From Ylistrum balloti (taxonomy: Eukaryota), in NCBI RefSeq assembly GCF_031769215.1, contig NW_026781899.1, positions 310,001 through 374,000 on the forward strand: DNA of 64,000 nt. The letters run 5' to 3'. Numbering within the stretch: position 1 is the first letter of the stretch; every line of letters begins with the position of its first letter. Of the stretch, positions 13,969 through 25,286 are shown one piece after another. Position numbers and translations under genes: made by a program. The notes under the pieces are model-generated. The model did not search any database. It was not told where the DNA came from and was given only the letters and a program-made list of their open reading frames with translations.

Positions 13969-14433
13969 GAGTAATATTGGAAGAGAGTGATTTCAACTAT
14001 GAAAAACTCGATTCGGACTAATTTATGAAAAGGTGTGTTCATACGTGATATAACAGAAATAGATCTTTTAAATAGTGAATTTTTCACATTTTAGTTCAAC
14101 CAGTATCAAGTGCCTGTATGTATCATAATCCGTATCTAAAAATAAACTTTTACTTTAAAATTATAACAACCTTCAAATTGTACAAAATTTGTTACAAATA
14201 CATGTTTTTCATTCCTTCATTCGTTCATTTATTTAATATACGTGTCAATGATTGTATGGATTCACCAGCTGTTCCTTCGTATAGATTTGTTCAATTACAG
14301 AAACGTGTACCGTGTTGTGTCGAGTACAATCACTATAAACAATATGGCTGTTTATTGTCAAATTGACGATAGGTACTGATTCATTATTCAGTGTTTAGAC
14401 CTAGATTGATAGGTTGTTTGTGATGTATACACA

Positions 14434-14516
14434 ATGAATCAACATAAAAATCTTATGGTAAACTATTTATCAAGTCACAAGTCTACGCCACCAATCTCAG
14501 GAGATCGCAGGACGAG
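14434..14516 (+). CDS. FBXO15: FBXO15 exon 1
   Basis: MNQHKNLMVNYLSSHKSTPPISGDRRT; donor GTAAAA, phase 2 fits exon 2. Confidence 0.6.
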
Positions 14517-17500
14517 GTAAAATTTTAAGTGTTTTTTTTTTTTTGCTAGGCCTGACTACAACTTAGTACAGGGTTCAGTGCGACGTATCTCATATATCCA
14601 TCATTTGTTACGAACCCTGTGATGTAACTGACAAATATAGTTAATGAAATAATTCTGATTGAGAATAGGCCGAAGCTTACTGGTTGTCAGAAAAGTTTGA
14701 CCATCTATCAGCGATTTTATTTTTCGACCTGTATTCGGACCAGCCTGCTTGGAATTGGTGACCAGTACATATCGTCTCGACATGAGACCAAGACCGTTAT
14801 GTATATAGTGAGCTGCAGATTGACAAATGAAAAGATAACTTTATTTCAATACTTAGTGTTATAAAAAAAAGAAACTTGCCAAGAAATATGCCTCATTTGA
14901 GAAAAAAGGATCGGGCAATGAAAGCTTAACCATTTAATAGGTGCACACATCAACACAGATATCCACCATTTTTACACCATGATTTTAGCTTGATTTATAT
15001 TTTCATCAAAATGTCAATCCCGTTCCATAGGTGATTTGATGTAATACATGTTTCTTCTGGGCCACTGTAGGCTAACTCAAGTGTTGCTGTGATTTAGTGA
15101 TGTCATCATAAATGAAAACGCTATCATGTTTCTGATACAAATATCAGCCAATTCAAGGTAGCGAATCTGAGATCAAATTTTTAAAATGTTTTAGAAAAAT
15201 ACTGGTTTATCATCGGTCAGTTTTTTAATGAATCTTATTGTATGAACACATTTCAGTTTATTTATGTATTAGTTTAGTTGCAATTCATCAATGGAACATA
15301 ACTCGCAAGATATAATTCTAAACAGGTTCAAAACTTATGTGTCAAAGATGTGCCTACAGTATGCTTATTTCATGATGTATATACATGTACTTATTGATGG
15401 GCAGCAGAACCTTTTCATGATTTCAGAAACATGACTGATGCATGCAAAATATTTAAAATGTGGAAAATAAATTCCATTGAAATACACTGTTAACCACCAA
15501 TCATGTTTTTGTTTTTGTTTTTGTTTTTTTTTAAATACATTGAATACCAATGCAGGGAATAGTCTTCAATTTATTGATGTGCTTTATCAATAGAAGTGAT
15601 ATTTATTTTTCTGCTCCTCCAATTTTAGATGAAAACAAGGATAGATATTGTTTAGAAAATTGACATTTGTCATGTGAAATGCACAAGGATTCCCCTGGAT
15701 CCCAAAATCAGATGTTTGATATTTTGATGTCAGGTGATTTACCAGTCAACTTTCAAAATGTATAATAGCAAGTAGTTCTTAATTTAAATAGCAACATTGA
15801 AGAAAGACATATTTTTAAGCATCAGATAAACGTATATATGCAATTATGCATGTTTTCCCTATTCATCAGTATTGTTGGAATATCAGATTTATTGATATTT
15901 TTTTCCTCTTCTTTGTTTCCTAAGAAGAACACCAAGTGACACAAGTTCAAATATTAGGAGACCAGCTAACCGTCCTCGGCAGGGGTTACAAAACTCATCA
16001 AAACATTTGTCAAGGACACCACAAAGGAAGGCAACTATTCATGAGTATGTAATACCAATATCTTGATTAAGATAAAACTCGTAAGAATTAAATCTGATTA
16101 ATGCAAAATATTTTCAGAATTAAAAAAAGAAAAAGATAATAGACAAAGTTTTATTCTGTTGTTTCAAAAACAAAAAGTGTATTTAGCAGATCAATTCGTA
16201 AATAATCAGATTCAATGCTATTTATCATGATTGTCACAAAATGAAAACGGATGCTTTAAACAAAGTATAGTACTGTTACGAAAATAAAGCTTTTTATGTT
16301 GTTGTTTTGAAGGATTCCAGATGAAGTACTTTTGAAAGTATTCAGTTTCTTTGGCGCCCAAGACTTGATTTTAGTATCACAAGTTTGTCAGCGATGGAGG
16401 AACTTAGCCAATGATAAGTATGGCAATCATTTGATTAAATACTTGTCTTATGTATCATGGCATGATGAATTGATTCACATCTACAAATTTAATGAAATTC
16501 CAAAACATGTATGTTTGTCATTTGAAAAATCCAGAATTTTTGTCTGAACTCCACCTCAGCCCAAGAGACCAAAGTACATTAATTTTGGTATGTACCATTA
16601 GGAATTAAATTTTTTCTATTTTCCATCGTCATTTCCTAAAGTCTTCAAGATTAGAAATGTATATAATATTGAAAGGTAATCGTTTGCTTTCAGTTCCTTA
16701 TGGAGGCCAATATTTTTGAAGTATGCTCCGAAAAGTGGAACTGAAGCTTCAGGAACTGGAAGTTTAAACTCTCTGTCTCAACTCAAGACAGCGTGCATCA
16801 GGAGGTGACTAATTCTTAATTCATTTTGTTCTCTGTTATAAATGACTGAGTTACGTTCAATTGTGTTATAATGTGTCCAAGAGATTTTGAAAAGATGATT
16901 TTTTTGAAAACAAACTGTGATTGAAAACTTTATTGTTAAGATTTTTTTAATTTTAGCTTCTTTTATAAAGCACAGAGTGCAAATGACTGACTCTTGATGA
17001 CTTTTGTTCACTATTCGACGATTTGTGAAAAAAAAAAAAGTCAGCTTTCAAATTGTCACTATACTTTTTCGTCACTATGGCACTTCTATGCTGCAGGCAG
17101 TTAGTAAAGGACAGAATAGATGAAATATCAACAGTTCCTCAAACTATCACTAAGAGATTTTATCATTGTAGTTTTGGAAACAGATTTAGGTCAAAACACT
17201 GATAAATACATCAACATTGAAATTTAGATATATTGTTCAAATCTTTGAAAGATTGAGAAAAATGGATAATTAAGTTCCATTGGAAATGATTCTAACCCAT
17301 CCAACACCTGTAGATCTTAGGAGCCTTATTAATACTGTATTTCTGATGTATACAGATTATTTCTCATGTTTCTGAAACTGCATCAGTTAAAGTTTTAAAA
17401 TGTCTGCGTTAAGAACTCTCAAGCAGACAACAGAACATGGTTAAGATTCCTCTTTCTTTTCTATTAATGTTCAATGGTTCAGTTGTATTCTGTTAAAAGG

Positions 17501-20500
17501 AATTGTATAAATACCTGAAATTCACTTTTCTTGGGTTTTCTAGATGCATTGAACAGAGGAACAAGCGAGTGTTCAGGTATCTGCGAAAGAAAAGTCCATA
17601 CACAGGAATTGCCCAGCAGCGAGATGTGGAGAAAGCCTTGACGTGAGTTGACAACGAGGACAAAACTCATATCTCAGGGTTATAAAAGGAATACACTCAC
17701 ATCTCACAGTTACTAGGAGACAACACTCATATCTCAGGGTCACTCAGGGTCACTAGGTGATATCACCCATATATCAGGGTTACAAGGGGAAAACACATCC
17801 CTAGGAATCAACATTCATATCTCAGGGTTATTAGGGGATATCATTCATATCTCAGGGTAACTCAGGGTCGCTAGAAGATATCATTGGTAAATCAAGGTTA
17901 CAAGGGGGAAACACTCATATCTCAGTGTCACAAGGAGACATCATTTATATCTCAGTATCACAAGGAGACATCACTCATATCTCAGTGTCACAAGGAGACA
18001 TCACTCATATCTCAGTGTCACAAGGAGACATCACTCATATCTCAGTGTCACAAGGAGACATCATTCATATCTCAGTGTCACAAGGAGACATCATTCATAT
18101 CTTAATGTCACAAGGAGACATCATTCATGTCTCAGTGTCACAAAGAGATATCATTCATCTCTGTGTCACAAGGAGATATCATTCATGTCTCTGTGTCACA
18201 AGGTGACATCATTCATATCTCAGTGTCACAAGGAGACATCACTCATCTCTCAGTGTCACAAGGAGACATCACTCATCTCTCAGTATTACGGTGGCCATTA
18301 TGGTTGCGTGATTATGACGTCTGACCATCTTGATCACTAGCCCTCCACAGGTTTCAGGCCTGTGTGGGGCAGTCGCAAGGTACTGGCTGCAGTTCAGTGG
18401 TTTTTCTCTGGGAACTCCGGCTTCCCTCTACCATCTAATCCTGATACATCCTTAAATGACCTTGACTGTTAATAGGATGTAAAGCAACAATAAATCAAAC
18501 TAAACCGAATCTCCTAGTGTTACCAAGGGACATAACTCAAATCTCAGGGTTTCCATGGGACACCACTCATATCTTAGGGTTACTTATAAGGGGACATTAC
18601 ATAATATCATTTATGGCAATTGGGATAGTATATTTATACTGGTCTGCTAGGCAAGAACAACCATAAGGTCATCAGTTGATAGAAGAAAGCACCTGAAAAT
18701 TTGAACAGGACAGCACCTGCTGTAAAATGATTATTTTTTGTGAGGGATTTATTTTTGCTGATGATATGGATGTATTTGTTCCGCAAAGTTAAATGTCCAC
18801 AAACTGTCATAATAAGTATATTTATGTGGATTTATTGACATATCTTTATCTACAAAATCATGCGACCAACAAAATATTAATCTTTTGAAAAACCATGAAA
18901 ATTTGGTGCTACGAAAATATGCCGTTTTACAGTATTCCAAGCACAATGGATTCCATTCATCTTTTGTGGATATAAATTCAGCATTCTAAGAATTCATGAG
19001 CGTCATCTGTGTAGAGATGTCTGTTGTTTCCTCCCATTTCTCTTCATTTTTCTACATTATCCAAATCACATCCTTTATCTACATGTACTGTAAAATTCCG
19101 TGCATATCTTCCAGAGACTCCTGTGTATTCTGGCAGCTGGCATTTGTGGATGCCAGTAACAATGAAGTATGTATACAGAGTCGTGACTTGTCCATCCACA
19201 CCATGGCTGCCTCCGTCCGTTGGTACAATTTTGACAGCCAGTCACTACAGTCCACTAAGGCCATCAGGATATACTCATGCAATCCAATTTTCTTTGATAC
19301 AAAGAAAGGCTGTGCTGTCAAGGACAGGTAATTTTTTAAAATTCTTCTAGATTTATTCATTTATTTATTTTGGAGGTATGCTTTGTGTGTTACTATGGAA
19401 GAAAGTCATAGTTCCTGGAGAAATTACCAACATGGTCAGGCAGGTGACCAAAGTCCTTTTCACCTCCAATTTTAATTGCAGGGAGTTGAAACAAGATGGA
19501 GTCAATGAAAGGGAAACTCTTTACCACTTCACGAACAAAATGCCGGATTTAGTAAATCTGATATAATGCACGAAAAAAAAAAAAAATAAATAAATAAATA
19601 ACTCAAATGGAAAATTGAGATTTGTGTTCATTATGTTGCAACCAAATTTTTTCTTAAAACATGTATATTTATCAATTCTGTAAATCGCTCTCTAATGATT
19701 TCAGTAATTTGTCTTTCTCATCACATACTATTTCATACTATTTTTTACCTGCTTTTGACCTTGACCTTTTAGTCCTTACCAGAGGTCATTGTTAATGACC
19801 TTTCAGTTGAAATGGAGTTCCTGGGTGGGAACCAACAAACCAGTAGGAGAAAATGACACTATCAATATCTATTCTCTCCCAAGAGGATTGGCGATAGCAG
19901 TTTGGAAGGTAAAAAAATTCTGTTTATTCTTCTCTACTGATATGTAAATATGCTTCAAAGGTTTTTTTTTCTGGGCATGTTGCCCAGTGAACAATCAAGG
20001 TAATTTTCAAGCAGGTTCTCTTTGTAGTAGCTTTTAGTGACCTCACTGAACAACATACAGGAGGCCCATCACACACCATATGTGAAAAAAAAAAAATTGT
20101 CATGCCCAGGGACACATTCAATCAGTTTCTCGGCTTCCTGAAAAACACATTTCTCCAAAGGGATGCCAACACTCAAACTGACTGAGCTATCACAGCTAAA
20201 TGGAAATGAAATACATGTATATTGTATGTGGAAAGTATAAAGATATCTGAATTTGTATAATAAAACTATCTCTTGCCAAAGAAACAAAAATATATATGTC
20301 CAGGCGATATTTATATGCATAAATGGTATTTATGCACAAAACATGGTCTCTACAGTGGAGACTTTTATATTTTTATATCACAGGCCATCTTATAACATCA
20401 AAAACAGATGAGCATCCACTCAACATGTAAAATAGGAATTATTTAAATAATTTTTCTTTTAAATTACTAATTACTTAATATATATTACAGTGTATTTTGT

Positions 20501-23500
20501 ATAATTTCAATTTTCTCCTCTGAATACAGGATGGAGGAGAAGTGGCCTTTGTTTGTGTTAGTTTTCACTTACACCACCTGGTGGACAGATGTTTGAGAGG
20601 GAACTCTGTCGAGTAAGTTATCAAACTCTGTCAAACTGGCTGTAGCAGTGTAGAATTAAATGGTTATACATTGTACATACAATGTGAATAGGACGTTTAC
20701 AGGATAAAATTTATTTGTTGTTCTGTATCAACATCTCTCTAAACTATAACTGTCAGATATCAGTCATATCAGAATCTTGTTCTTTACATATGTTAGTATA
20801 TCTACTCTCTCTTAATATTTTATTACTTTCAGACCATTCTGTCCCCCACTGCCTCCTGTTATTACAGACGATATTGATTCCGCTTTCGGTAAGTATGATT
20901 ATCCATGTACCTTAATTAACTCCTGCAAAAATATTCAAATTTTTGTGGTGATAATATTTTAGTCTTTTTCTCACAAAAACAAAATAAAGTAATGAAAACA
21001 GAAAGATATTACCATTTATTGTCAGACTTTATAGAGTATGGTAGTGCTGAATTATTAGAGTTACAGACAATTCTTGTTATCAATAGGACAGTATTCAGTT
21101 CAGGATATAGAAATATGAGAGTTCAATCTTCATAAGCAGCATTTTGCATAAACTGTGTTATTCCATACATGTTTTATAATAAAAACAAGAAAACAAGGAG
21201 AAGACCAGGTGTTCTGGAAGAGTGTGCATCTTTTGCTTCATTGTCGGAACATGTCATGTAAATTTTGTTCAGGTGAATTACCAACAATTAGGCAAACTAA
21301 TAAGCATGAAACAATGAGATGACTATGATGTCCATAAAACCTTATAACTTTCATCAACATGCACCTTCCCAAATCCTGTGCCATCAGTTTGTCTGTCAGT
21401 TGATAATCTTGCACAAAAACTGTTATATTGAGAACAGGCCCTTAAATATAGGCCCTTGAATACTGAATCAACTGCAACTTGTAAAGGCCATAGGTTGGGG
21501 ATGCAATATGTAGCTTTCCAGAGCTGGAAAATTCACAATAGAGGAATTATGATCACCAGGCTTATCATACAGTTTGGTGGAAAGCTGGCCATATTGATCT
21601 TGTTGTAGAAAAAGATCGTGATAGGTAGCTGATGTAGAATAAGCCCATCCACATTTTTTTTTTGTTCCAGTAGAAATACCATTAAATGCTTTATTTGTCA
21701 TCCTTACTTTCAGTTAAGAAAGTGTGTGTTGGCCCCTTGGACTTATTGTCGTAAATGTCTGTTATTTATCATTATGTTAGGTCTGCATGGTTACAATTGT
21801 ACTGTCCAGCTGAGGACGATGAAGCAACAGATTTGGGATCAACAGTTCAGAGGTCTAAATTGTCGCAGTAACCATGGTAACTGTCTTCAAATTATTAAAA
21901 AAGGAATACCTGATGACGGGATAAACATGAAAAATTTAAATTTTTACCTATCTCTTATACAATTTAACATGGGTACAATTACATTTACAGTATATATTGT
22001 GTTAAATTTCATTTTCATATTAAATAAACCAAAAATAATTTCTGATTCAATCAGGGTGTTTAAATAGAGTTATTGCCCTTTGATTATTTTCATTTTTTCA
22101 TCTTAATCTGCCCTCTACACAACAGGTGGTGGCTATGCACAGTTTGTCCTGATTGAACCCCATGAACGTCAGATCATAAATAAGGAAATAGTGTTTCCCT
22201 GGAAAACAGAGGCATTCAAAGGGAAAGTTCAGGTTTGTTTGATCTACAACTAGTTGTTCAAAGGAAAAGAGCTGATTTGTTTGACACGTAATAGCTGAAC
22301 AGTTATCCAATTTATCGTTACTGTAATTCTTGTGCTATAAGAAGATACAAAATAAATCTTTTTCAAATACTGTAACATATAAATTATATATAAAAAATTT
22401 AACTTCTGTCAAGACACGTACTTTAATGGTTATCTTATATTAGAGCTTTTCATGCTCAAACTATCAAGCTAAAATATGGCTGCACTTCTTGTGGTTTCCA
22501 TTATCTATGCAACAATTGTTACGAATGGGCATATTTATCATTGTGTTTATTTGTTAAAAGTAAATAATGCTCTAAAATTGCATTTCCGAACAAGTATGTT
22601 TATATCATAGAAGTGTATCTCTTCATCAGTGACCTTGATTTCAATTTACTAAACAAAAGGTGATGCTAACATAGAATAGTTCTTATAACACAACCAGTAG
22701 GAGATTAAAGTGTGATGTTTTGATGACACGGTCACCTTTATCGTATAACACAACCAGTAGGAGATTAAAGTGTGACGTTTTGATGACACGGTCACTTTCA
22801 TGAGACTATTTTTCATCTTTGTTACATAGGATCATAGCACAGCCAAAAATATTGGTCAATTCCTTACATCAGGGCTAGTATGCTCCACACTGGTTATTTG
22901 TCTGATAAAGGTGATCGTGCAGTCATCGAAACGTCACACTCTAATAAATTTTCTACTGGCTGTGTTATAAGAACTAGTTACTATGCTAATGACATTACTA
23001 ACTAGAAGAAAATATTTTGAAAGACCCTTTGATATTTGTGCTTGATCCCTTTGTAAGCGTTTTTTTTATCAGAAAATGTAATAAAATATATCTATGTCCT
23101 CAGAATGCTTGCTGGCTTGACATCACCGTGATAGACGAGACTGGGGACGTGTTCTGGGCTGCCAGGTAGGTTAGCACCATTCAGGATTTTTATCCACCAC
23201 TTTGCTGATGACTCAAAAGTTATGTTCAGAAATGCTTGAATTTCATATAAGAAAGAAAATGAAAAATACTTAAAAATCTTCTTCTTCAGACAATTTAACT
23301 GATGAATTACATTAACCAACGACCTTCAGAAAACAACATCAAATAATTTTCTAAATTTTTTTGTTTCAATTTATCCTATACATACCACCAAACTTTAAGC
23401 AAAGCATTTTTCTTCAGAAATTTTACTCTTTGCTTTTAAGTTGATCCCTTATAAATATATACAGGAAATTACTTCTGGAAAAATTGATAAAGCTATGCTG

Positions 23501-24703
23501 GTGATTAAACATTGACTATCTGGGATGGATATTTTTATTTGTTCTTTTCATACATGAATAAAAATATTTTTTTCTTAGTATTTATTTCATTCATAGATAT
23601 ATATATACATATATATATATACCACTATATACAAGAACCATGATCGTATTTGAATCAGATTCTGAAACTAGTTTCTTAAACTTGTAAATCTGTTCCTGTT
23701 TCTTTAGTTTGATAATAAAAGCCAGTTAACATTTGAATTCCCTTTTTTTATTTTAGTGCCCTGGTGAATTCCAAGGCAACCTCTAGAGTTGGAGCCAGCT
23801 GTAAGTAAATGATGAATTATGTTTTGTTTCGTGTGATCAAAGGTTGAATGGAAAATATGCATGCAATATTAAAAAAATCTTATGCGTTAGTGTGAAAGAG
23901 ACATTTCGCTTTCAGACAAAGGTTCCTCTTTCTGATGTTCAAGAAAACTTCCCATAAAACATGAAATTTTCTGAAATGTTTTTTATGTTACTGTACACCA
24001 GGATATTTTCTCCTCCGGTTATTTTTCGCCTTTGTACCACTATACACAAATTCACCTCATCTTCATTTCACCCTCTGAGGATTAATATAACAGGGTTATA
24101 AAAGTGTAACAAATTTCACCCCTCCCCTATCTTGAATTCAGCCTCCCTGTTCATAGACATTAAGGGTGAAAATTAAATGGGGATGAAAATATCCAAGTAA
24201 AGAGAGCATTTTTTGAAGTGAAATATGAATTTTAATTCACTTATAGTGTTACAGAATGGCGTTGGCGCCTATACAGAACATTAAAGTTATCTGTTTATGT
24301 GATTGTAGCTCTTGACTTCGAGTACTGTGATGATGGTGCACGCTCCATTGATCTGATCGATGAGGTGGGGAAATTTCACATGGAATTTAGTCAGGTGAGT
24401 AAGATAAACACTATAATGAAGGATTGCAACTGCTCTATCAACATGTACTTAGTCAATTTACCAGATTTAAATATTTTCAAACATCATTGGTAAATTATTC
24501 CGATCTGCTAACAGAGGGATAACTTAATTCCCCAGGTTTATAATTTAAAAAAATGTTTTGGGATATGAAATAATAGCACATGTATGATAAATTGTTGGTA
24601 TTTTTGTTTACAGACAGACGACCGTGATATCTACATTACTCAAGCCATATTAGGCCTCACATTAAAGGCAATAAATGCACGATTTAGCTCCAGCTACAGG
24701 TGA
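14434..24703 (+). CDS. FBXO15: F-box only protein 15, complete 15-exon gene span
   Basis: All 15 exons join in phase from ATG to TGA. F-box (IPDEVLLKVFSFF..DLILVSQVCQRWRNLAND) plus motifs I recall from FBXO15: PYTG, SPYQRSLL, HLHHLVDR, GLHGY, WKTEAF, C-terminal INARFSSSY. Confidence 0.9.
15925..16044 (+). CDS. FBXO15: FBXO15 exon 2
   Basis: 120 nt, phase 2-2, donor GTATGT. Confidence 0.7.
16313..16417 (+). CDS. FBXO15: FBXO15 exon 3 (F-box)
   Basis: IPDEVLLKVFSFFGAQDLILVSQVCQRWRNLAND. Confidence 0.92.
16694..16804 (+). CDS. FBXO15: FBXO15 exon 4
   Basis: SLWRPIFLKYAPK...; 111 nt. Confidence 0.8.
17544..17642 (+). CDS. FBXO15: FBXO15 exon 5
   Basis: CIEQRNKRVFRYLRKKSPYTGIAQ; donor GTGAGT. 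Confidence 0.85.
17690..18287. repeat. 30-bp minisatellite
   Basis: Unit TCACTCATATCTCAGTGTCACAAGGAGACA; degenerate 5' part. Confidence 0.93.
18288..18505 (+). mobile_element. SINE copy
   Basis: Degenerate tRNA-like head, GTGGTTTTTCTCTGGGAACTCCGGCTTCCCTC core, A-rich tail; homologous to 54631-54728. Confidence 0.65.
18720..18932. mobile_element. MITE with CTGTAAAA ends
   Basis: CTGTAAAATGATTATTTT...GTTTTACAG-TA. Confidence 0.55.
19115..19327 (+). CDS. FBXO15: FBXO15 exon 6
   Basis: DSCVFWQLAFVDASNNEV...CNPIFFD; 213 nt. Confidence 0.85.
19773..19908 (+). CDS. FBXO15: FBXO15 exon 7
   Basis: SPYQRSLL...IYSLPRGLAIAVWK. Confidence 0.88.
20530..20612 (+). CDS. FBXO15: FBXO15 exon 8
   Basis: DGGEVAFVCVSFHLHHLVDRCLRG; donor GTAAGT. 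Confidence 0.88.
20833..20888 (+). CDS. FBXO15: FBXO15 exon 9
   Basis: PFCPPLPPVITDDIDSAF; donor GTAAGT. Confidence 0.85.
21781..21876 (+). CDS. FBXO15: FBXO15 exon 10
   Basis: GLHGYNCTVQLRTMKQQIWDQQFRGL. Confidence 0.88.
22126..22232 (+). CDS. FBXO15: FBXO15 exon 11
   Basis: GGGYAQFVLIEPHERQIINKEIVFPWKTEAFKGKVQ. Confidence 0.85.
22677..22976. mobile_element. MITE in FBXO15 intron 11
   Basis: About 60-bp imperfect TIRs starting TAGTTCTTATAACACA; left arm tandemly duplicated (period 60). Confidence 0.7.
23104..23165 (+). CDS. FBXO15: FBXO15 exon 12
   Basis: NACWLDITVIDETGDVFWAA. Confidence 0.85.
23757..23800 (+). CDS. FBXO15: FBXO15 exon 13
   Basis: 44 nt, phase 2 to 1, donor GTAAGT. Confidence 0.78.
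24309..24394 (+). CDS. FBXO15: FBXO15 exon 14
   Basis: LDFEYCDDGARSIDLIDEVGKFHMEFSQ; donor GTGAGT. Confidence 0.85.
24614..24703 (+). CDS. FBXO15: FBXO15 exon 15 (last)
   Basis: TDDRDIYITQAILGLTLKAINARFSSSYR*. Confidence 0.85.
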   Translation, partial: TDDRDIYITQAILGLTLKAINARFSSSYR

Positions 24704-24754
24704 CAGATCCATATCTAGAGGTCAAACTGCAGAGTCTTTCATCAGAAACTAAGA

Positions 24755-25043
24755 GATGTCTTCCCTTGGGCGAAAGATGCCACTTATACAGACATATCTA
24801 CATGTATGACATACCTTGTATGAGGTGTCTACCCTGGGGTGAAAGATGCCACTTTTACAGACATATCTACATGTATGACATAAATTGTATGAGGTATCTT
24901 CCCTTGGGTGAAAGATGCCACTTATACAGACATATCTACATGTATGACATAAATTGTATGAGGTGTCTGACCTTGGGTGAAAGATGCCACTTATACAGAC
25001 ATATCTACATGTATGACATAAATTGTATGAGGTGTCTACCCTG
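24755..25043. repeat. 69-bp tandem repeat, about 4 copies
   Basis: GAAAGATGCC at 24772, 24841, 24910, 24979. Confidence 0.95.
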
Positions 25044-25286
25044 GAATGGTCATTTTAAAACTCATGTCCAGCTCTAGAATTGATATCAAGTTAGCATGGG
25101 TGGAATGAAAATCTAAGGCAAGCTGCAGGCTGCTTTCTTACAGTGGTAATTGAACAGCAGATGTCCAGCTATTGAGTGGATATCTACAAAATGTACAAGG
25201 TGCTCGCCCTCCTAGTTTGATTATTGAACAGATGATGTCTAGCTGTGGAGTCCTTATCCACAACACAACTTGAGGGGATTGTCGCC

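Larger units (their letters stand above)
13080..14433. promoter_or_regulatory. Bidirectional CEP72/FBXO15 promoter region
   Basis: Divergent start codons about 1.35 kb apart; locally CpG-enriched; YY1-like CGCCGCCATCT at 13723 and CCGGAA at about 13746. Confidence 0.6.

Noticed and set aside
17884-18324. ISQCHKETS / SVSQGDITH repeat ORFs
   Set aside because: 30-bp minisatellite inside FBXO15 intron 5.
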